Shown one piece after another: positions 8,855 to 18,214 of a stretch of 64,000 bases of DNA (position 1 is the first letter of the stretch; the number at the start of each line of letters is the position of its first letter). Below the pieces are notes generated by a model, which was not told the DNA's origin, searched no databases, and was given only the letters and a program-made list of their open reading frames with translations. Location of the stretch: positions 56,755 through 120,754 of the IMG/VR virus record IMGVR_UViG_3300028602_000007; one strand, 5' to 3'. Position numbers and translations under genes: made by a program. The DNA is from a virus. Its lineage: Duplodnaviria; Caudoviricetes.

Positions 8855-9739
8855 TTATAAAATATTTGAGTAAATCCATTGGTATATGTCTTGACGATCT
8901 TCTTCATTTAAAAAAATTAAATACTCAGGATCTCTATTTTCTATATGAGAAAATAATGTATTTAAATCATTTGTTGGATGTCCATCTGTGTCTATTAAAT
9001 CTACAAAAAATTCACCAATCTTAGATGGAATAAATTCATTTTTTAACATATTATTTACAACATCATAATGCTTGTCATAAATATGATATGAATCTGCAAC
9101 ATGTGTATATGTACCTAATTCTAAATTTGGATATACTTGTCTTAAGTGACTTAACATTTGTAATTGTAATGAACAAAAAAACGCAACGTCGGTTGGAGTA
9201 CCCCAAATTGCATCATTACTCCGTATATTTAATTTTAAATGTAATTTATTTTCTCTAATGTGAACATTAACATACATTGAACAAACAAAATCTTTATTTT
9301 TTGAATATTGATGTCTTGGCATATTAAAATGCATAATTGCTTGTCTAGTATTTGGATCATTAATTAAAGCTTGTATTGCCCACTGATATTGAGTGTAACC
9401 GTGTTCATTTACTATATTAAAAATTAAATTTCCATATGCTGAATTACAAGTACCGTCTTCATTTTGTATTTGTTTCCAAAATTTAGCATATTTTGAAATA
9501 AAATCAACATCATTTCTTCCTAAATAATACCATAATAATTCAGCTGAAATATATTTTTTCTTAGACCCTCTAATGTTATTTTCATATAAACATAAACTAG
9601 GATCTTCAATCACTAATGCAACATCTAATAATTCTAAACTCGAGGTTTCTCTAGCTTTATTTTCTATACCATTATCCATTACATATTTTAATGACTCTTT
9701 ATATGCATCTGCAAAATTTTGTGATTTAAATACTAACAT
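8855..9739 (-). CDS. Thymidylate synthase superfamily enzyme, dCMP (hydroxy)methylase-like
   Basis: TRQA, KDFVC (catalytic Cys), RSNDAIWGTPTD and SYHIY. Has Asp where canonical ThyA has Asn177. Confidence 0.85.
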   Translation of the reverse strand: MLVFKSQNFADAYKESLKYVMDNGIENKARETSSLELLDVALVIEDPSLCLYENNIRGSKKKYISAELLWYYLGRNDVDFISKYAKFWKQIQNEDGTCNSAYGNLIFNIVNEHGYTQYQWAIQALINDPNTRQAIMHFNMPRHQYSKNKDFVCSMYVNVHIRENKLHLKLNIRSNDAIWGTPTDVAFFCSLQLQMLSHLRQVYPNLELGTYTHVADSYHIYDKHYDVVNNMLKNEFIPSKIGEFFVDLIDTDGHPTNDLNTLFSHIENRDPEYLIFLNEEDRQDIYQWIYSNIL

Positions 9740-9772
9740 ATTTTTATTATTTTACTATTATTTTAATATTAT

Positions 9773-9799
9773 TTTATATTAAGAAAATTAAATAAGTTT
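9773..9799 (-). promoter_or_regulatory. Putative early/middle promoter for the TS-family/dCMP deaminase operon
   Basis: AAACT-N16-TATAAA. Confidence 0.55.
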
Positions 9800-11471
9800 A
9801 GGAAATTGTAATATCTGAAAAATGATCAATTTTAGAAACAGATAATTTGCGATCAAATAATTCTTCAGGCAACTGTTTATGAGAAATTACAAATATTGTC
9901 ATTTTATATTTAGTAGAAAAAGTTTTTAATAAATCAACGACTCTATATGTTGTTTCTATATCCAATGATGAAAATATCTCATCTAAAAATAAAAGATTTG
10001 TATTTGAATTTTTAAGCTTTATTAATTCAATTATGCTCAATAATACAATTAAATTCATTTTCTTTTGTTCCCCAGTAGATAATGAATCAGGTGAAACACT
10101 AATACCTAATTGAGTAATAATTGGTTCAAAATTCATATCAAATTCAAAACTAAATGGAAAATCTAAAATCTTAGAAGTACGTAGAATTTTTTCATTTAAT
10201 GTTGGAATTACTTGACTCATTAATATTTTTTTAATTCCTCTATCTGATAATGCTTCTTCTAACTCTTGTAAAATTTTTAAACGTTGAGACTCTTTCTCTT
10301 TTTTTAAAAGATTTTGATTATTTGATTCAGTTAACGAATTAATAACATTATTTAAATAAACAGTTTGATTAGAATCATTAATTGTTTCTTCTAATTCTAA
10401 ATTTGATAATTCTTGTTTTAATGGAGAAATTAAAGCTTTTATTTGATAAAAACGTTCTTTGCTAAAATTCTGTTCTTCACTTTCTTCTTTAATTTTCTTT
10501 TTTAATTTATCGAGCTTTATTTGAATTGCTGGAAATTCATTAATTAATAAATTTCGTTTTTCAGATAATTCAGTTTTTATTTTAGAATGAGAATCGTCTG
10601 TTAATTCAGATAAACAATGTGGACATTTACTATTAGATTCATATAACTTCAGTTTTTCATCAATATCATTGATTTTTAAATTGATTGAAGTTTTAATGGA
10701 ATCAATTTTTGATAATTCCAAGTTAAGGTTATTAATAACTTTTGAAAAATTATTAAAAGTTTCTTGGTATTTCGCTAAATCTATATTTAGAGTCTTTAAT
10801 CTTTCTTTAATTTCAGCAATTCTATCTAAATTTGCTTTAAATAAATCAGATTTCATTGACTCTAATTGAAGTTTTGAATTTTCTAATGATTTAGAATTAG
10901 CAAAAACTGCTGATTCAATAGATGATATCTCAGATTTTATATTTTTAATATTTTCTCTATTTTTAATAGACATATCATTTACAATTTCTAATCCAAAAAT
11001 TCTATCTATTATTTTTCGTTTATCTGCTGCACTTAATTTTACAAAACTTTTAAAATCATTAACCGATAAACTAATAGTATTTGAAAAAACACTAAATGGC
11101 ATTTTTGCTAATTGTTCCTCAATAAAATCGTCAATTTTTCTTTTATCTGGCAAATTATGATCTTTTTCATTAATTACTAACCTTGAAAAATTTGGATCTA
11201 TTCCGCGTTCAATTTGAACAAGATCATTCGAATCTGTTATAAATTCGATATATGTGTATGCATTTTTATTTAAACGATTAGGTAAATCTTTTACTTTGCG
11301 TATCGCAGATTTGCCATATATTGAAAATGTTAAAGCATCTGAAATTGTAGATTTTCCACCACCATTTTTTCCTTCAACTAAAACTAATTCAGGATTATCT
11401 GAGAATTCAAAACTCTGCAATTTATCTCCGTAAGAACATAAATTCTTAAATGATAATAATTTTAATTTCAT
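9798..11471 (-). CDS. Recombination ATPase, gp46/SbcC/Rad50-like
   Basis: GKNGGGKST Walker A, CPHC zinc hook, LSTGE signature, LFLDE Walker B, ISH. Confidence 0.93.
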   Translation of the reverse strand: MKLKLLSFKNLCSYGDKLQSFEFSDNPELVLVEGKNGGGKSTISDALTFSIYGKSAIRKVKDLPNRLNKNAYTYIEFITDSNDLVQIERGIDPNFSRLVINEKDHNLPDKRKIDDFIEEQLAKMPFSVFSNTISLSVNDFKSFVKLSAADKRKIIDRIFGLEIVNDMSIKNRENIKNIKSEISSIESAVFANSKSLENSKLQLESMKSDLFKANLDRIAEIKERLKTLNIDLAKYQETFNNFSKVINNLNLELSKIDSIKTSINLKINDIDEKLKLYESNSKCPHCLSELTDDSHSKIKTELSEKRNLLINEFPAIQIKLDKLKKKIKEESEEQNFSKERFYQIKALISPLKQELSNLELEETINDSNQTVYLNNVINSLTESNNQNLLKKEKESQRLKILQELEEALSDRGIKKILMSQVIPTLNEKILRTSKILDFPFSFEFDMNFEPIITQLGISVSPDSLSTGEQKKMNLIVLLSIIELIKLKNSNTNLLFLDEIFSSLDIETTYRVVDLLKTFSTKYKMTIFVISHKQLPEELFDRKLSVSKIDHFSDITIS

Positions 11472-11962
11472 TATTTATAATATGTTAATTGTGTACCTTT
11501 TTGAATAAAAGAAATTGATTTAAATATTCCAACTTTATCCATAGAATTATATTCAAATACTAAATTCGGAGTTTCGCTGATTTCATATAATAAGCTATTT
11601 CCTAATAAAAGAACATGTGATTTCGAAGACAATATTGAATCTGTGTCAACATTTGAAAATAATAATTTAATAAAAGTAGATTCATCAATTTCTCCGCTAT
11701 TTAAACGGTCTTCTAAATTTAATTCATTAATATAAGAAAAAGATTTAGCTTCTTCTGATATAATTTTATTATCAATAATAATTATCGGTAAAATACTAGG
11801 AACCGCTTTACTTAACATAATTGCATCCTTTTTTGTCATTGAAATAGTTGGACAAATTTCAATTATTGTATTCGGATTTATATTATCATTTGCATATGCA
11901 ATAAATTTTCCATTTTTTAAATTTTTAATAGAAACTGCACTATGTATAAACGGATTAAACAT
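11471..11962 (-). CDS. Degenerate SET-domain protein
   Basis: YANDNINPNTIIEICP, LGNSLLYEISETPN and IQKGTQLTYY align with SET motifs (FA..DI..G..IE.P; G..SLYNHS..PN; I..GEELT.Y). NHS is replaced by EIS. Confidence 0.55.
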   Translation of the reverse strand: MFNPFIHSAVSIKNLKNGKFIAYANDNINPNTIIEICPTISMTKKDAIMLSKAVPSILPIIIIDNKIISEEAKSFSYINELNLEDRLNSGEIDESTFIKLLFSNVDTDSILSSKSHVLLLGNSLLYEISETPNLVFEYNSMDKVGIFKSISFIQKGTQLTYYK

Positions 11963-13064
11963 ATGACCTTTCCTCCAATATTTGTTTTTTAATTAATAAA
12001 AATTCATTAATTACTTTTTCTTTAATATCAATATCATATTCTTTTTCTTTTAAATAAATTTTAAAAATTTCAGTTAAATCAAACGAATCCTTTATTTTAA
12101 TAGTATTTGAATTTTTTGTTTTATTTTTAGAATAAGTAAAAAATTCAAGAGTTCGATGTTTTGAATCAGAAATTAAATCTAAAAAAGTAGGTATTGTTAT
12201 TTTATTAGCAAAGCTAATATCAATTAGTACATCAATAAAATTATTATTAAAAGTTTTAGATATTTCAAGTTTTGACATTTCTAAAATATCATATAAATCC
12301 ATTTTTATAAATTGTGGAGAATATGTATTCTTAATAAATTGTTCTTTAAGATCTGAAGAAGTTACATCAATTTTATAAAAGCCTCTAGTATTACCTAAAT
12401 CTCCTCTATCCATTTGATATGGGGTTCCAGTATATAAGATATTTTTATTACTTTGCCTATTATGTAAATGCCCACTATAAATACGAGTATAATCTGAAAA
12501 ATCTTCTGAGTTTAATCCTTTTTCTACTTTAACCCATTTATTAAAATTAAAACCTATAATATCGGTATGACATATTACATAATTACAAAGTTTAACATAT
12601 TTAGATAAAAGACTTGTCATATACTTTTTATCTTCAATCCAAGGCAACATTAAAAAATTATGATTTCCATTAATTGACAATACTTCTGGATTTTCAAAGA
12701 TATGTATATTACTCGCTAAATCGCTTAATGGTTTTAATGAATGAATTTCACGTTTATCTTTATAATAAATGTCATGATTTCCAGTTATTGCGAATACTCC
12801 ACGCTTAAATTTCTTAGATAGAACTTCAAACAAATCCCTAACTTCATTTTGAATTCTAACATTAACAGACTCACGATAATGAAAAATATCTCCTTCAAAA
12901 ATTAGAATGTCGTGTTCTGGTTCAAAATCTTTTTCTATTTTTTTTAAAAAAAAATCTATAAAAAAAGATTTTTGTATATTAGACCATTCTAATGAATTAT
13001 TTCGTATTCCAAAGTGAGTATCTCCTATCAAATAAATATTATGTATATTATCTAATTTTATCAT
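11955..13064 (-). CDS. Recombination nuclease, gp47/SbcD/Mre11-like
   Basis: GDTHFG, GDIF, GNHD and SGHLH metallophosphoesterase motifs. Confidence 0.93.
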   Translation of the reverse strand: MIKLDNIHNIYLIGDTHFGIRNNSLEWSNIQKSFFIDFFLKKIEKDFEPEHDILIFEGDIFHYRESVNVRIQNEVRDLFEVLSKKFKRGVFAITGNHDIYYKDKREIHSLKPLSDLASNIHIFENPEVLSINGNHNFLMLPWIEDKKYMTSLLSKYVKLCNYVICHTDIIGFNFNKWVKVEKGLNSEDFSDYTRIYSGHLHNRQSNKNILYTGTPYQMDRGDLGNTRGFYKIDVTSSDLKEQFIKNTYSPQFIKMDLYDILEMSKLEISKTFNNNFIDVLIDISFANKITIPTFLDLISDSKHRTLEFFTYSKNKTKNSNTIKIKDSFDLTEIFKIYLKEKEYDIDIKEKVINEFLLIKKQILEERSYV

Positions 13065-13741
13065 TCATACATTTGATTTTTTGGAGATTTATTTAAAAAT
13101 GAATATTTTTTATCTAATTCTATTAATAAATTTTCTTTATTTTCATAAGTTAGCATATCAAACAGTTTCTTGTATTCTAAATTTGTTAAAGAAGATATTG
13201 TATCTAATATGTGTATTGAATTAACAAAAGCATTAGAATTATGTGAATCTATTAAATATTTACGCAATTCATCAAAAATTTCATTAATTTCAATTTTTGT
13301 AAATTTCTTTTTACTACCGTCTTCTGGTTCTTTTAATATTTCTAAAATTAATTCAGAATTATCAATAAAATTTGAAATATCTGAACTCATTATGATATTA
13401 TCAACGAAATCAGATTGCCGATCTTTATTATATTGATCATATTCAGCAGAACCTGGATCTACTTTTATTTCTGTTCTTACAAAAGAGTCATCCATTTCAT
13501 CAGAAATAGTTCCCATATTGTAAGAATTATTAAATATCTTATCGTCTTTTTTTAATATTGAATAAGCTTCCTTTCTTCTTTCTAACTCAGATATTCTATC
13601 CTCATCTGTTGGATCATCTAAATATGATGAAACTAGTCTATCATCTCTATCTTTTCCAGAAATACTTAGTTCTTCTGCAATATCATCAGAATCATCTAAA
13701 AAATCATCAGTTAATTCATCATTATCTTCTATGTATTTCAA
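13061..13741 (-). CDS. Acidic hypothetical protein
   Basis: 226-aa ORF coupled to the gp47-like start. Confidence 0.6.
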   Translation of the reverse strand: MKYIEDNDELTDDFLDDSDDIAEELSISGKDRDDRLVSSYLDDPTDEDRISELERRKEAYSILKKDDKIFNNSYNMGTISDEMDDSFVRTEIKVDPGSAEYDQYNKDRQSDFVDNIIMSSDISNFIDNSELILEILKEPEDGSKKKFTKIEINEIFDELRKYLIDSHNSNAFVNSIHILDTISSLTNLEYKKLFDMLTYENKENLLIELDKKYSFLNKSPKNQMYE

Positions 13742-13757
13742 AATTAAATATTTTTTT

Positions 13758-15317
13758 TTATATGCTATTTAAAATATCGTCATGCGTTTTTCTACTATAA
13801 GAGCCAGCACTTGAATCTTTTGTAAAATCTAATGGATTATCAAAATTTTCATTGTTAGGAATAGATTGAATACTTAATTCATCAATAGGAGGCTTTGTTG
13901 TTTGTATAGTAGTATATTGAGCACGCATTTGTTCTTCTAATGATATTATCTCATCATCATCTGAATAATATTCAGAAGCTGGATCTACTTCTTCAATTAA
14001 TTTAGAATATTCATAATCTAATCTAAACATCTTATAACTTTCAGTATATCCGCCATCACGGTTTGCAATTAGTTTAATTTTCATACGTCTTTCCATTGGA
14101 CCTCGCATTAATCCAAATAAAGTATCTACTGTATGAACTAGTCCAAATGATTCAGCAACGTCATCCATTCCTAAATCTTGATCATTAACTGCCTCTCTTT
14201 TAATTTGAGTAGCTGATATTATACACCATTCATTTCTAATAGCAACTGCTCTAAGTTCTTCAGATATTGCTTTAATTTTACCATAACTTCCTTCTTGATC
14301 CTTTAGTGGCCGCATTAAGTTAAGATAGTCTACTACAATTACTTTAAATTTAAATCCTTTATTTTGTTGAACTTTCAAAAAATAATTTTCAATATCAATC
14401 GCAGAAGCAAAACCTGCACCAAATTCTTTTACTTCAAGCTCTCCTAAATTTTCTCTAGTTTCTCTAAGATTTTTTATTTTCTTAGCAATTCCGGATTCAT
14501 CATCCTTTCCTAAAAAAGTATCATATTCTTTTGTTTTAACATCAAGTATCATAGAACCTAACCGTTTCATATATTTACGATCAGATAATTCAAGAGTAGC
14601 AACACCGATATTATTACCTGATAAAAAAGCTCTAGCACTAATATTTGATAATACCATTGATTTACCGACCTTAGGCCGACCTTGAAATATAACTAAAGTC
14701 TTAGGATTCCAACCTCCATCTAATACTTTATTAAAAAAGGGAAATCCAGTAGGAGTTCCTATTTTTGATAATTGTATATGATCTGCTGCATTATAAAAAC
14801 TTAAACCTGAATCAGAGCTAGTAAATGATAAATTTAACTTATCATTAAATTTTGTTCTAACTTCGTTTGTAATTAATTCAACATTATTAGGATTAACCTC
14901 AGTTGTTTTTAAATACGATAAAGTATCTAAAACTACCTCATTTAAATTTTTATAAAAAACAAAAGATTTTGTGTATTTTACTAAAAAGTCATAAGTGTAT
15001 TCACTTAAACTAATAGCAAATGACTTTTCAAAATCATTATCTGAAATATCTAAATTTGCAAGGTTTGCAAGTTCTCTAATTTCATATTTAGATGGAACTT
15101 TATGATATTCTATAAAAAATTTTTTAATTTCTCTATATAAATGCTGTATTGTATTATCATTAAAATAGTGAGATTTTATTGCTAATAATACTTCTCGTTT
15201 ATCAAGTTCATCACTATTAACTGGACGAACTACAATATCATTATCATCTGGAGAAATAACAAAATTAAATATTAACCGCTCAAGTAATTCAATATTTTCT
15301 TTAAAGTCTATAACCAT
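13758..15317 (-). CDS. Replicative DNA helicase, T4 gp41/DnaB-like
   Basis: GRPKVGKS Walker A, TLEL, IVVDYLNLM, SATQ, AESFG. Confidence 0.93.
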   Translation of the reverse strand: MVIDFKENIELLERLIFNFVISPDDNDIVVRPVNSDELDKREVLLAIKSHYFNDNTIQHLYREIKKFFIEYHKVPSKYEIRELANLANLDISDNDFEKSFAISLSEYTYDFLVKYTKSFVFYKNLNEVVLDTLSYLKTTEVNPNNVELITNEVRTKFNDKLNLSFTSSDSGLSFYNAADHIQLSKIGTPTGFPFFNKVLDGGWNPKTLVIFQGRPKVGKSMVLSNISARAFLSGNNIGVATLELSDRKYMKRLGSMILDVKTKEYDTFLGKDDESGIAKKIKNLRETRENLGELEVKEFGAGFASAIDIENYFLKVQQNKGFKFKVIVVDYLNLMRPLKDQEGSYGKIKAISEELRAVAIRNEWCIISATQIKREAVNDQDLGMDDVAESFGLVHTVDTLFGLMRGPMERRMKIKLIANRDGGYTESYKMFRLDYEYSKLIEEVDPASEYYSDDDEIISLEEQMRAQYTTIQTTKPPIDELSIQSIPNNENFDNPLDFTKDSSAGSYSRKTHDDILNSI

Positions 15318-15318
15318 C

Positions 15319-15657
15319 TTATATTAATGTATAATATTTTTTAATTTCTGAGCTATTTATGAAAAACTGAGAGTCTTCTTTTTTTAAAACAGAGGATTCT
15401 ATTAAGTCTCTTAATATTTCTTTAATCATTGAAAAAAATTGATCATTTTTTAAATTTTCTCCAAAAACATATTTTAGAGTTTTTGGAGAAAATTTAAACT
15501 CTTTTATTGGATTTAATTCATTAGATTTATCATTTTTCAATAAATATGAAATAATATCAAACATAAAATCTTGATGAGTTGGATATGACAATAATTTTTT
15601 ATGTACATTTAGTTCATATTTAATTGGTAAATCTTCATTAATTTTATAATTCATCAT
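15319..15657 (-). CDS. Hypothetical protein
   Basis: 112-aa ORF between UvsX and the helicase. Confidence 0.6.
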   Translation of the reverse strand: MMNYKINEDLPIKYELNVHKKLLSYPTHQDFMFDIISYLLKNDKSNELNPIKEFKFSPKTLKYVFGENLKNDQFFSMIKEILRDLIESSVLKKEDSQFFINSSEIKKYYTLI

Positions 15658-16855
15658 CTTCTAAATCACCAACTGCTTCAAAATCTTCAGACTCTAATTC
15701 TTCTAAACCAGCTAAAGTATCTGGATATTTAAAAGTTGGTTTAATTATTTTTTCGTCTAATTCTAATAAAACGTCCTTTGTAAATACTCTATCTGAGAAA
15801 AAATGTTTAACTGGAATTAATTCACCAGTAAATTTATTTACATAATTTTTAGCAAGAGAACCTGGCATAAAATATTTGGTTTCATCATTTACTTTAAATT
15901 CTGAACACTTAGTTTGATCAGATTCTTTTAATTTAGAAAATTCGTTTTCTGTTAATATTTTACCTCGACCAATTCCACAATTTTCCCAACTAACATATTC
16001 TTGTAATCCAACATACGGATTCATGCCTTTTTGGTGAGAAATATGAAATTCAATATCAATCGGTTTAGCTAATCTATTTTTTCTGGTTTTAGACCTAACT
16101 ATAATACCAGTCACGGTTGTTTTATCTGCACCGTCTTTTAATTTACCTTTACTTAGCATCAATATAATAGAGGCTGCAAATTCAGGACCACCGCCTCCTT
16201 GCGGAGTCTTTCCAGTATATTGATCAGTTCCTTCATAAGTATGATTAGTAAAGATAAATGGAACATATAAGTTAGATAATTCCAAAGTAAAAGCTTTGAA
16301 TAAAGCCCTAAGCTCTTTAGCCCTAAGTCCCATATCTGCTGCATTTTTTCCTTTTTTAATATCTGACCTAGACTTATCTGTATCTAATTGCCCTAGTGAA
16401 TCCACAAATAATGCAATTTTTAAATCTGGATTATCTGACCTAAGTTCTTTAATTGTTTCAATGATACCGTCTATAAAGAATTTGATTTCACTAATCAAAC
16501 CAATTCTATAGTATCTAAGCATATTAAGATCACAACCAAACTTTGGATAATCGGCTGAATCAATTGCTCCTTCTGTATCTACATAAAATACTAAATACCC
16601 ACTTTTTTGTAATTCTCTAACTGCATTTAAACATAAAAAGGTTTTTCCAGCTCCAGAATCACCAGCCATTCCAATACTTCTAGTATTAGGGTATCCTCCG
16701 AATAATGATCCTGATAATTGAGCATTTAACAAATAATTACCAGTAGAAATATATTCACTAATATCTGCAAATCCTTTTAATTCAAAATTAGAACTTACGC
16801 GTTTTTCTAATTTACTAGTAAACTTATCAAACGCACTAATTGGTGTTTTTGCCAT
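15644..16855 (-). CDS. uvsX: RecA-like recombinase UvsX
   Basis: LSGSLFGG, GDSGAGKT, DTEGA, FVDSLG, DMGLRAK, TNHTY, GGGG. Confidence 0.93.
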   Translation of the reverse strand: MAKTPISAFDKFTSKLEKRVSSNFELKGFADISEYISTGNYLLNAQLSGSLFGGYPNTRSIGMAGDSGAGKTFLCLNAVRELQKSGYLVFYVDTEGAIDSADYPKFGCDLNMLRYYRIGLISEIKFFIDGIIETIKELRSDNPDLKIALFVDSLGQLDTDKSRSDIKKGKNAADMGLRAKELRALFKAFTLELSNLYVPFIFTNHTYEGTDQYTGKTPQGGGGPEFAASIILMLSKGKLKDGADKTTVTGIIVRSKTRKNRLAKPIDIEFHISHQKGMNPYVGLQEYVSWENCGIGRGKILTENEFSKLKESDQTKCSEFKVNDETKYFMPGSLAKNYVNKFTGELIPVKHFFSDRVFTKDVLLELDEKIIKPTFKYPDTLAGLEELESEDFEAVGDLEDDEL

Positions 16856-16881
16856 AAATTTTTATAATTTTTTATATACTT

Positions 16882-16908
16882 ATTGTATATAAAATAAGAT
16901 ATCAGTTT
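16882..16908 (-). promoter_or_regulatory. Putative early/middle promoter for uvsX
   Basis: AAACT-N16-TACAAT. Confidence 0.55.
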
Positions 16909-17510
16909 TACTGAAAATATGAAATAAGAAGAAAAGTAGAACCTAATATAAAAACATCAGAATAATCACCATTTACTATTTGATGAAATCCTACTTTAAT
17001 GATGTCAGACGAATCTTTAATAAAATTAAATTTTGATAAATTAGTAGTAAAATCAATATTTTCACCTGGCCTATTAATTTTTGTTAAATCGATTGCATAA
17101 CATTTAACATTTGAATAAATTGGATCATTTATCGATAATGGACCAATATAAAAAATCTCATCTTCTCCCAGTCCCTCTTCTTCTAAATTTAAACCAGCTT
17201 CCTCTAATAAAACTCTACCAACTGCATCATATGATGTATTATCTCTATTAAAATCAATTATATCCATAATCATAGTTGAAATAGATTCATCTTTTACTGG
17301 GTCAGTATATTTTTTAATATAAATATTTGATATACTATTATCTTGAGTTCTATCAAATGGTATGATTAATATATAGTCTTGAATAACTTCAATTTTTTTA
17401 GTTGAAATACCGTCTCGACTTAATTCGATAATATTTAATTTTCCATCAATTAATGAAGAACTATTTTTAGTTATATTTCCTGGAATAAGAGGGTTTGTAT
17501 TATTTTCCAT
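16908..17510 (-). CDS. Hypothetical protein, possibly degenerate Nudix fold
   Basis: AVGRVLLEEAGL resembles the second half of the Nudix box. Confidence 0.45.
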   Translation of the reverse strand: MENNTNPLIPGNITKNSSSLIDGKLNIIELSRDGISTKKIEVIQDYILIIPFDRTQDNSISNIYIKKYTDPVKDESISTMIMDIIDFNRDNTSYDAVGRVLLEEAGLNLEEEGLGEDEIFYIGPLSINDPIYSNVKCYAIDLTKINRPGENIDFTTNLSKFNFIKDSSDIIKVGFHQIVNGDYSDVFILGSTFLLISYFQ

Positions 17511-18198
17511 CAGATTTAGTATTTTTATCTAATCCTAATAATTTATAAACAGCTAAATTAACAGAATCTAAATTTATATTACTATTTATATAATTAGATA
17601 ATTTGTTAGTAAATTCATCTTTATCTTGAGCGTTATTTAGCATCATTTTTAAAAGATTTTTATCTGGAAGCTTTATGTTTAATTTTAAAGATATTTGAGT
17701 ATCTTTTACTTCAAACATTCCAAATAAATCAAAATCATTAAGAACATTTTCATTCTTCGCCAGAGGTTCTATACTTTCAAAATCAATAGACTGTAATTTA
17801 TTTAATTCTGAAATTGGTTTATTTATTAAATCGTTTGATTTTATATTATCAATAATTTCATTATTTATTGGTAAATCTTTTAAAATTGCATCAACGTCTA
17901 ACCTTGGTTCTTGATATATAGATAACACCTCAGTTTTAGACAAAGGCTGTTGATTTTCATGTATTCTCATTAGTACATTATCTAATGCACTAGTTTCAAT
18001 TGCAATCCCATCTGATAATTTTGCATAATATAATTGAATATTACCAGTTAGTGTATTTTTCCTTTTACCTGGAATAATATCTAAAACTTTAACAAGATTT
18101 CCTAATTTATTTTTATCTTGTGGTTTTATCCACTGATATTCGTTTCCTTTATATGCATCGTTTAGACGCATTAGCTCGTCCATATCAAATTCAGCCAT
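17500..18198 (-). CDS. Hypothetical protein
   Basis: Likely start MAEF at 18198, because the longer ORF-track start overlaps the polymerase. Confidence 0.6.
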   Translation of the reverse strand: MAEFDMDELMRLNDAYKGNEYQWIKPQDKNKLGNLVKVLDIIPGKRKNTLTGNIQLYYAKLSDGIAIETSALDNVLMRIHENQQPLSKTEVLSIYQEPRLDVDAILKDLPINNEIIDNIKSNDLINKPISELNKLQSIDFESIEPLAKNENVLNDFDLFGMFEVKDTQISLKLNIKLPDKNLLKMMLNNAQDKDEFTNKLSNYINSNINLDSVNLAVYKLLGLDKNTKSDGK

Positions 18199-18214
18199 TT
18201 TATTTTTCTTTTTT

